Part shown: positions 54,416-64,000 of the stretch, piece after piece
Position numbering within the stretch: the first letter of the stretch is position 1
Layout of the letters: every line of letters starts with the position of its first letter
Assembly (NCBI GenBank): GCA_951406725.2
Contig: OX597825.1
Span: 64,480,001 to 64,544,000 of the forward strand
DNA from: Octopus vulgaris
Lineage: Eukaryota
Direction: 5' to 3'
DNA: 64,000 bases
Made by a program: the position numbers and the translations under genes
Notes under the pieces: generated by a model
The model's database searches: none
Told to the model about the DNA's origin: nothing
Seen by the model: only the letters and a program-made list of their open reading frames with translations

Positions 54416-54601
54416 TGTATGTATGTATGTACACACGCGCACATGCTTATGTATGTGGTGGTTGTTCTCCGTCGCTGATCGATGGCGATTCAGCTGTTTT
54501 GATCAACTATTTTACCAGTTCCTGAACAACTTATTTACCTATTCGTGAGCATTGGGCAGACATGGTTATCCTTCTCTTGGCTAAATCACCATTTCTCATT
54601 T
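54224..54601. repeat. 85-bp inverted repeat (54224-54308 / 54517-54601) around a TA-microsatellite spacer
   Basis: Arms are reverse complements with one mismatch. Confidence 0.95.
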
Positions 54602-56471
54602 ACTAGAATACTTGAAATTCTCCATCTTCTGTATAATTTCCATAAAAAAATGTCACTCAGAATTTATGGATTGATTTCAGATTTTAAAGAATGAATTATT
54701 TTAAAAATCCACGCAGTGAGATAGAAGCTTGGTTCTTTTTTCTTGCCCGTGTATTTTTAGATATATCCTTCTGCACAGTATTTTAGAAAAGTGTATGGTG
54801 CCTCAATCCCTAGTAGAATAAAATTGTGAGTCAATTTTGGTTGATGGGGCCGATCATGATCAGGATCGACAGACTAAATCTGTTATTAGATATAACACCA
54901 CCACATGGCTCTCGATTTCCTTTTACAGAATTCAGTCTGTTCCAAGCAGTTGGAATATCTCCCCTATTCAGGTTATTTCCTCCCTTTTCACTCACCATAT
55001 ACACAGATCCCGAAAAAGTGCTATAGGTATTGCCATTCCTTCACTGAATAAATCATAGATAATGTATCTCGAAAATTTTATCAATCCTAGATCAATATGT
55101 CTGCGCGAGAAATCATTATATTGATACCGTGTTGGTTGCTAATAAGTTTCTTCCTAACATATACAAAGAACGAGGAGCGGAGAAATGTGAAACCTCTGCC
55201 TAAAAATATTATTCTGTAGCAATCAATTCTTCTGTAATATTAAACCATATCACTCATGTACAATGCAATAACATTATTAAATGTTATCTTTGATTTGCTG
55301 TGCTTTTATATATTTTTTGTTGTTGTTTTGCTCTAGTGTTCCTGTTATTCATATTAATTTCATAGTGAGCAAAAACTAATTACAGCATGTTCTTTAACAT
55401 TATTGGAACACATTCGCAGCTTTTCATTTCATCTCACTCACTCTTATCAAAGTTATAATTATTAAACTGGCTCTGTATGAAGATTACTCTAGTAGCATCA
55501 CAGTATCACGCATAATATCTACAAATCATGTTATGGGACCAACAGGAAGAATCACAGCGTCATCCCACGACCTCATAGCATCAGAAGCCAAATTTCCTGC
55601 ACATCACACCCTCAAATCGTAAACAAAAATGAGGAATCTAAGGCGTAATATAATCCTATATTTGATTTTTAAAAATTACTGTTTGTCATTGATGCAATGC
55701 TTCTTATCCAAGAACGATTCGATTAGTGCTGAATTAGGTCTAAACAGCAACAACAACAAACAATTCCGTTTGCTCATATGGGTTTTTTTAATCAACTTCT
55801 CATCCGCCTTTTTCTATTTATACGCCATATTGAATTTCTTTGTTGATTATTTATGAAGACAGAGAATTGCAAATGAAGGGATATGGACGTTAGTCAGTTT
55901 TATTGACACCAATATCCTAGGATATTACAGAGAGATATTTTTTACTGATTCAACAGGGGATAAAAGGCAACTGTCTGCTGTAGCACGGTTCAATCTTTCG
56001 ATATTTAAGTAGAACAGATGATAAATACAGAACGTTAAACTCCAAATCTGAAATAATCTCCAAATCTGAAATAATCACTAGGTCAAAATAAGAGACTAAA
56101 TCATTAGAAAAGTGAATTAAGTAGAGGTACTGGATTACCGTCGATGTAGATTATGAAAATTTAATTTCTCGATTAACTGAATTAACAGAATCTTGAGATT
56201 TCAGAAGCGATGGTGATAGATTCTATGGCATGATACCATGAGGAATGCAACGGATCTCTTCATAGTGAAATAAACTTCTGAAACATTTGATCAGAGTATG
56301 CGATGGACATAAGGAAATTAAAATTATAAAAAATAATAATAATAATAATAATAATAATAGAGTACTGACAATTCTCAGCTATTTAACGAATCGAGATCAT
56401 TTAATTTTTCTTTGGTGTGATCACTTTTTATATACATATATACGTACACACACACATATATATATTTATTC

Positions 56472-56517
<46 letters not shown>

Positions 56518-56598
56518 GCATGTATGTAAATATATGTATATGGATATATATACACGCACATCTGCATAAGTAGCACATATATGTATGCATAAAAACAT

Positions 56599-56631
<33 letters not shown>

Positions 56632-56637
56632 ACTGTA

Positions 56638-56682
<45 letters not shown>

Positions 56683-56860
56683 GTGGTATATTCTGTTAAA
56701 AACTTGATAGAGTACAATATAAATCTTGTTCTCCGTCAGATTTCACCCTGTAGTATCATACATATTTCCAGGTTTGCGTTTGCACATTTGTCGTGTGCGT
56801 ATAGATAATTGAAAGAATTTGGAGTCAACAAAAAGGAGTACGGTTGGAAATTTATTTTTT

Positions 56861-56968
56861 AATCACTACAATTGTTTCCACGCAGCGTAGTTCTCCTGGC
56901 GTGCAGCTACCTGATCAAACAACTGTTTTCCTTTATTATAAGGTCTAGTTGTCTTTCCTCGGAAGATA
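56861..56968 (-). ncRNA. Hammerhead-like motif ~100 nt downstream of a GIY-YIG stop
   Basis: CCGAGGA..gcgtg-GAAA-CAATTG-TA. Confidence 0.45.
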
Positions 56969-57059
56969 TATAAGTATTTGTCTACGTAAGTTCACATTCT
57001 CTGCTTCAAGAACATCCACTCTGTCTGTCATGTCCTGAATTTAGTTGACGTCACTGAGT

Positions 57060-57465
57060 TTATAATGGTATGTTGCTTCTTCTGAAAGACCGTTGGCAAA
57101 CTGCTTTGAATTTGTAGATGTTTTGGGATGGTATTTCTGCTATATTTAAAGTGAAATTTGCCAGAAGGTCATATCTTTGGTGACAGCAATACGATAAATC
57201 GTATTTCTTGTTGATGGATGCTGCGGATTTTAGCAGCAGTTTTTCGCGGAGGCAGAGCCAACAGGTGGCGGCGCCGGATGAATATAGAGGCGCTCTGTCG
57301 ACAATAGTCCACTTGATGCTAGGTATTTCATCTCGGAGATCACGGAGTCTCCAGAGGAAAAAAGACGGAGAAGTAGAGTTCTCTTTACCCCTGGATCTGA
57401 ACGAGTGCATATGCTGGGTGTATCTTCCCTTGAAGTAATTAGCTGTCATACCCGTATATTGCCTA
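57060..57465 (-). pseudogene. PLE GIY-YIG C-terminal remnant
   Basis: YTGMTANYFKGRYTQH..SF....NSTS..LW.L....IKWTI....Y..G...C.LCL.EK. Confidence 0.75.
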
Positions 57466-57519
57466 GTAATGCCATTGTATGGTGTAAGGGTAGCACTGTA
57501 TCCTACGACCTTTGAGAGA

Positions 57520-57890
57520 CAAGATCATTCTAGAAGGCACAAAGCCCCAACTGCCAGCTCTGCTCCGCGAAAGACTGCATATCCTCCAACAAACCGCATT
57601 ATCCATCAACAAGAAATATGCTTTATTGTATTGCTGTCACCAGAGATATGCCTTTCTGGTAAATCAAGTCTCTGACCTCTGATAACCTGGATATACCAAC
57701 ATAGCACCAGCTGCTCCTTTGCACCGCCTGCACCAAGGTTAGCGCTATCCATATACCAACATAAAACTGCGACACCGTGTCACCTTCCTCAACCAATCGT
57801 AGCCCACCTTACGGTAATAACAATCAACTTCTATCATTCAAATTCAAAATGACTGACGAGTAGCATCACACTTGAAACTCAAAGAGGACC
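57520..57890 (+). pseudogene. Second, diverged PLE 3'-end remnant in the opposite orientation
   Basis: CQLC..RERLHILQQTALSINKKYALLYCCHQRY versus CWLCLREKLLL..SINKKYDLSYCCHQRY; CTGACGA..GAAA motif near 57853-57885. Confidence 0.65.
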
Positions 57891-58071
57891 AACTATTTTG
57901 ATTTATACATGTAACTCCCAATAAATTGATCGAGTTCCTTTCTTTCGTGTGTCCCCTCACTCGTATACACACACACATATATATGTATATATTTATCTAT
58001 GTATGTAATAAGTATATATATGTGTGTGTGGGGGGGTGGCTGTATGTATGTAAATATATATGTATATATAC

Positions 58072-58181
<110 letters not shown>

Positions 58182-59290
58182 GCATAGATATATATATGCA
58201 TACATAAACACATACATACACATACACACACACATATATATATATATATAAGTGCATACATATTTTCTTGTATATTTTTCAACTTGTGGTATGGCAGTCA
58301 ATAGCATCATCTGTTTAGTGAATGCGATATTTCTAGTTTATTATCATTTGTTCACCTACTGGAGAGTTTTACGCTGGAGGGGCACAGCCAGGAATAACCT
58401 TTCGAAGAAATCTATCATGTTGAAATTTCAATGCAGCTATGGATGTGAAATGTGTTATATATTTTCTTTTACTGTCGATAGAAGCTGGCCTGGTTGTGAT
58501 AAAATCTGTTATGGGAAAGTTTTAAATCATTCTAAATCATCCAATGCTAAGTTGTACGGAATTTCCGTCATTCTTTTTATTGTTATTTAAATATTATCAG
58601 GGGTATACGTTTTGTAATATATTTTCCCTACCGTGAAAATTGAGATGCTTTGTTAAGAAGTACTTCCAAACGGTTTAACCAAGAAATGCTGTCTAAAATA
58701 TTCATGCTGTTCATTGTCTCATACAGGAAAAAGTTCCTTTTTTTATTTGCAGATTTTAATCAGCAGATAAGATTATAATTTTATTATACTGAACTTTGAA
58801 AAGATCGTTGATATAAATTATAGAAAGGATAAGAACTTGCAGAGGCCTCTAGGGAACGCATTTCCTCTTTATTGCCCATGATTGTACATTCTTCATTATA
58901 AAGTCTCGTAGTAATCATTTGTAGGTCAAAAGCTATATTATCCATCGTAGGAATTGTCCATGGATATCAAAGTTCGATAGTTTTCTTAGTAGACGTGTTC
59001 ACTCAGATGTTTTAATGCTCTCTGTATCTAAATAACAGTTTTATACAAAATTGGATATATAGCATGTTTAACGATAAAACTGTACTATACTGTGAATTAT
59101 ATCACTCTCAGCGGTTTCTTGCTTATATCTGATAAAACAGTCAACTTACCTGGTCGTATTTAAGTACATACTTTACGTTCTGACGTCAAATTCCTCTGAG
59201 ACTGACATATTATACTTCTGTGATCTATAAAGTAAATACCAGTAGCATACTCTATATTTAATTGCTTGTTCCCCAAATATCTGGGCATAT

Positions 59291-59705
59291 AGGCGCTGGC
59301 GTGGCTCTGTGGTAGAAAGCTTGCTCTCCGGCCGCATGGTCTTGTGTTCAGCTCCTTGTGAGTGGATTTAGTAGACGGAAACTGAAATAAGCCCATAGTA
59401 TATATATATATATATATACTCACACGTATATATGTATGTGTGTATACATATATATATATGTGTGTATGTGTGTGTATGTATGTGTGTATCTTTGTTTTTG
59501 TGATTGTACTCCCCTCATTATCGCTTGGTAACCGATGGTGTCGTGTTTATGTCCTTAGCGGTTCAGCAAAAATGAACTGATAAAATAAGTACTTGGCTTA
59601 CAAAAATAAGTACTAGGGTTGATTTTTTTCAACTAAAAACCTTTTAAGGTGGTGCTCCGGCATGGCCGTGGTCAAATGACTGAAATATGTAATAGAAGAA
59701 TGAAA
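59291..59705 (+). mobile_element. SINE family A, decayed
   Basis: Head, microsatellite and tail all recognisable. Confidence 0.8.
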
Positions 59706-59997
59706 GAAGTATATGCTAAATTCTGACATTTTTAGTTTAACAATTTATCATATTTTAAACAGTCAATTAAATATACTAACCATTAGTAAATAACTCGACA
59801 TGGGTTGAATAGTATCTAACACGAATACAATCACATAAGGTGATGAAGTGGCACACCTGAAAAGATGCTGAGCGGCATCTTGGTGAAGAATCTTTCATCC
59901 TGTCGGTCAAACCTTGCTGGATTCACGTCAGAGGCGTAAGCTGCACATCATCAATCCCAGATAAATAAGCGGCCAATTTATTTATATACACAACAGG

Positions 59998-60380
59998 TAC
60001 AGGCTTGGCTCTGTGGTAAGAATCTTACTTCCGAACCATATGTCTCCGGTTCAGTCCCGCAGCGTGGCACCTTCGGCAATTGTCTTCTACTATAATTGCG
60101 GGTCGACCAAAGCCATGTAAATGGTTTTGGAAGACGGAAATTGAAAGAAGCTCACCGTATATACATATGTGTGTGTGCGTGTGTTTGTCTCCCCATGATC
60201 ACTAAACAACCGGTTCTGGTGTGTTTACGCCCCCATAACTTAGCGGTTTGGCAAAATTGAATTATAGAATAAGTACTAAGCTTTAAAAATATGTTCTGGG
60301 GTAGATTTGTTCGACTAAGACCCTCCAAGGCGGTGCTCTAGCATCACCACAGGCGAATAACAGAAACAAGCAAAAGAATA
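59998..60380 (+). mobile_element. SINE family A, decayed
   Basis: ggttcagtcccgcagcgtggcacc..aaggcggtgctctagcat. Confidence 0.8.
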
Positions 60381-60424
60381 GCAAACCTGGTAGCTTCAGA
60401 GAGAGAGAAGGGGTAGAATATATA

Positions 60425-60730
60425 TGTTGTTTGTTCCTTCTCGAGTAATCCCTGGCTCATAAGGGCCTGTTTCCCGGATTCCTTGGCGTATAGGTATCCC
60501 CACCTGGACGGGACATAGGTCTGTCGCAGGTGAGCTGCAAGATGCAGGAGAAAAGAGTGAGAGAAAGTCGTGGCGAAAGAGTCTGCAGAAGTTCGCCATT
60601 ACCTTCCGCCGGAGCCGCGTGTAGCTTAGGTGTTTCGTTCATAAACACACACATCGCCCGGTCTGAGATTCGAACCCTCGATCCCTCGACCGCGATTCCG
60701 CTGCTCTAACCACTAGGCCACGTACCTCCG
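60425..60730 (-). mobile_element. SINE family E
   Basis: Matches 22354-22636. Confidence 0.88.
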
Positions 60731-61551
60731 CAGAATATATATGTAGAGGAGGTTTAATCCAAAACATGTAATATTTTTGAAACCCCAATTCTGAGCCACG
60801 GCTACTTTCCTATGATACAGCTTTATATCATTCGTAAAACATTTAAATTTTAGGAGACTGACTGCTTGGATAGCAGATCAATCATTCCCCGATAAGGTCT
60901 TTTCGAGACAAATTTGTGTCGTTTTTCCATTCATTGCATGTAAATACAATTAGACAACTTCCAATGTAGAGGTTTCCATGAGAGAGGAAATGAAAAGGAG
61001 AAGGGGTGGGGGAGCATCTGAGGTGGTTGCAATGCAACTCACTTTTGACGTCTACCTCTGACACTCATTAATAATTGAAAAATGTATTATTCACATTAGA
61101 GATACTTTATTTGCACAGTCGCCTTTCGTGCATAGAAAATACACATTCTTCATTACAAAAAGTATTTCCTTCTCTAGTAAGTTTACATTAACTAGATGTC
61201 CTTCAGTTTTCTTCCTTTATGTTTGTTTTTTAGAAACGAATAGTGAAAAATCAGAAAAAAAGCCCATGTTTTTGTTATAAAAAGAATTCATTGTATATTC
61301 CTACTGACATTTATTACGATTAATTATGTTGAGGCAAATATTATTATTCTTATTGCTAAGCAAATGTGATTTACTTATTTGGGGAATAAAAGCTGCTTAT
61401 AATATTTAGCTATGTGTTTATTCTGCGAACAACAGTCAACACAAGAAACTGATCAACTATGTATTTAATTGAATGATGAATTTACTGATAGCCTATTGGC
61501 TCGTGATATCATTTTGTTACGATGGAAATACAACAGATATATAAATGGAAT

Positions 61552-61780
61552 GCGGCGAGCTGGCAGAATCGTTAGCACGCCGGGCGAAATGCGTAGCCGT
61601 ATTTCGTCTGCCGTTACGTTCTGAGTTCAAATCCCGCCGAGGTCGACTTTGCCTTTCATCCTTTCGGGGTCGATAAATTAAGTACCAGTTACGCACTGGG
61701 GTCGATACAATCGACTTAATCCCTTTGTCTGTCCTTGTTTGTCCTCTCTGTGTTTAGCTCCTTGTGGGTAGTAAAGAAAT
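61552..61780 (+). mobile_element. SINE B monomer
   Basis: TSD agatatataaatgg at 61535-61548 and 61781-61794. Confidence 0.92.
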
Positions 61781-62568
61781 AGATATATAAATGGGAACGG
61801 AATTAACTGCGATGAATTTACAGCAATGAGTTTCAAAAGTATTCTTCCAGCTAGTAAAAATTTCGCTTAGCTATGTGAAAACCTGTGGTCCAGAACTTGG
61901 AATACATAAATATATACATACGAACATTAATAAAATATATCATACAGACAAATATACATATAAGCGTATATGCAAAAATGCATACAGACATTCGTTTCTA
62001 AATGTTAATATGTGTTAATATGCAAGAGAAACTAGATAGAATCACTTCTGTTGTTGGGATCAGAGACTGAATGAAGTAATATAGCGAACGGATTGGGGGC
62101 TGGCTTTTGAAATATATTTCACTAGAATTGACATGAGTTTAACATATATATGATCATTTCACATGCTAAAAGTAGCAGCCAAATATGTTTTCTACAACAC
62201 CGCGCCGTTTTACAGAGATTACAACAGGAAATTTAACTGGATTTTAAATGGAATAAGAATTCTGTTGAATCGTTAATAAGAATGCTGTTGTTGATCACGA
62301 GGAACAACACTGATTCCGTTTTCCTGTGGTCGAAAGATGTGCTTTTAGAAGTGTCAGATACTAAATTGGTCAATTTATACTTTCCTGTTTATAACAGATC
62401 AAGTAGTCATGACTCGTTTCAGTCCCGGTCAAAGAAGGCCATTCTTGCTATATTTTAGCTTTTGTTTTCATTTTTTAATTGTTTCACTCAGTTGACCATG
62501 TTGGGGCATTGCCGTGAAGGCTTTTAATCCGAACGAGTCCTTTTTTTAAAGCCTGATAATTATTATCT

Positions 62569-62828
62569 GGTGGAGGCACATGGCTTATTGGTTAAGATGT
62601 CAGCATCATGATCATAAAATTGTGGTTTCGATTCCTGGACTGGCCGACGCGTTGTGTTCTTGAGCAAAACACTTCATTTCCCGTTGCTCCAGTCCACTCA
62701 GCTGGCAAAAATAAGTAACGCCGCGATGGACTGGTGTCCCGTCCAGCTGGGGAACACCTAAGCCATATAGAGACCGGGAAACGGGGCCCATGAGCCTGGT
62801 TGGGCTTTAAAAGGGTGCATTTATTTAA
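62569..62828 (+). mobile_element. SINE family D
   Basis: tRNA-like head tggcttattggttaag..ggtttcgattcc; matches 36614-36870. Confidence 0.9.
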
Positions 62829-63137
62829 TTTATTTCATTATTCCCTCGGTCTCTTTTACAGAACAGCTAATATACGAGGACCTATAAATACTAACGCTGG
62901 TTATATATATATACATACGTCGGGCTTCTTTCAGTTTCCATCTTCGAAATCCGCTCAGAAAACTTTGGTAGGCTGTAATTAGTTTTTGCTCACTATGAAA
63001 TTGATATGAATAACAGGGAAACTTGATTAAAACAAAAGTAAAAACTGTAAAAGCACAGCAAACCAAAGATAACATTTAATAATGTTAATGCATTGTACAT
63101 GAGTGATATGGTTTAATATTACAGGAAAATTGATTAC

Positions 63138-63574
63138 TCTTACTCTTTTACTCTTTTACTTGTTTCAGTCATTTGACTGCGGCCATGCTGGAGCACCGCC
63201 TTTAATCGAGCAACTCGACCCCGGGACTTATTCTTTGTAAGCCCGGTATTTATTCTATCAGTCTCTTTTGCCGAACAGCTAAGGTGACGGGGACATAAAC
63301 ACGCCAGCATCGGTTGTCAAGCGATGTTGGATGGGACAAATACAGACACAAAAACATATACAGACACACAAACATATACACACACATACATATATATATA
63401 TACATATATATGACGGGCTTCTTTCATTTTCCGTCTACCAAATCCACTCACAAGGCTTTGGTCGGCCCGAGGCTATAGTTGAAGACACTTACCCAAGGTG
63501 CCCCGCAGTGGGACTGAACCCGGAACAATGTGGTTCGTAAGCAAGCTACTTACCACACAGCCACTCCTACGCCT
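63138..63574 (-). mobile_element. SINE family A, full length (extra head fragment at ~63638-63700)
   Basis: Short ttactct tail repeats, both halves and the head. Confidence 0.9.
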
Positions 63575-64000
63575 ATATTCTGATTGCTACAGAATAATAT
63601 TTTTAGGCAGAGGTTTCACATTTCTCCGCTCCTCTTTCAGTGGGACTGAACCAGGAACCACGTGGTTAGGAAGCGAACTTCTTACCACACAGCCACGTCT
63701 GTGTCTTTTCATTGTACCTGGTATTTGTTTTTTAGAGACTGCATCAAGTTCTACTCCGAGAGATGTATTTCTTTCTTAACGACATTCAGATTTATATCTT
63801 AAAAGACATTTGATACAAGAAATCTGTATCCCTTCGTCTTTTACATATAGCATGCAAGAATTCTTCCTCTATCATTTGAATGTATTTCTTCTTTTTATTT
63901 TTTTTTATAGTCTGTACAGCGAATGACAGTAACCTTGTGTACTATCTTTCCTTATTATTTGAAATTCTATCCAATATTTTTCTGTTGCACTTTGTGGAAA

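Overview
Eukaryotic, AT-rich, repeat-saturated DNA. The tRNA-headed SINE families and extreme microsatellite load look like an octopus (coleoid cephalopod) genome, but this is recognition from memory, not a database result. I can support no host protein-coding gene; nearly all ORF-track entries are microsatellite or SINE artefacts. The real coding content is transposon-derived: a young 5'-truncated CR1-type LINE (EN+RT, one frameshift) nested in a SINE nested in an RTE remnant; a Penelope-like element (PLE, RT+GIY-YIG); a decayed RTE LINE; several PLE GIY-YIG remnants; and Tc1/mariner, hAT and Helitron derivatives. The most interesting signals are: about ten hammerhead-ribozyme-like motifs, many with long stem-II insertions and palindromic stem III; SINE dimers and a trimer with an invariant junction inside single target-site duplications (TSDs); head/tail shuffling among SINE families; a young 241-bp tandem array born inside a SINE; and two long near-perfect inverted repeats. 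SINE labels A-F are my own.
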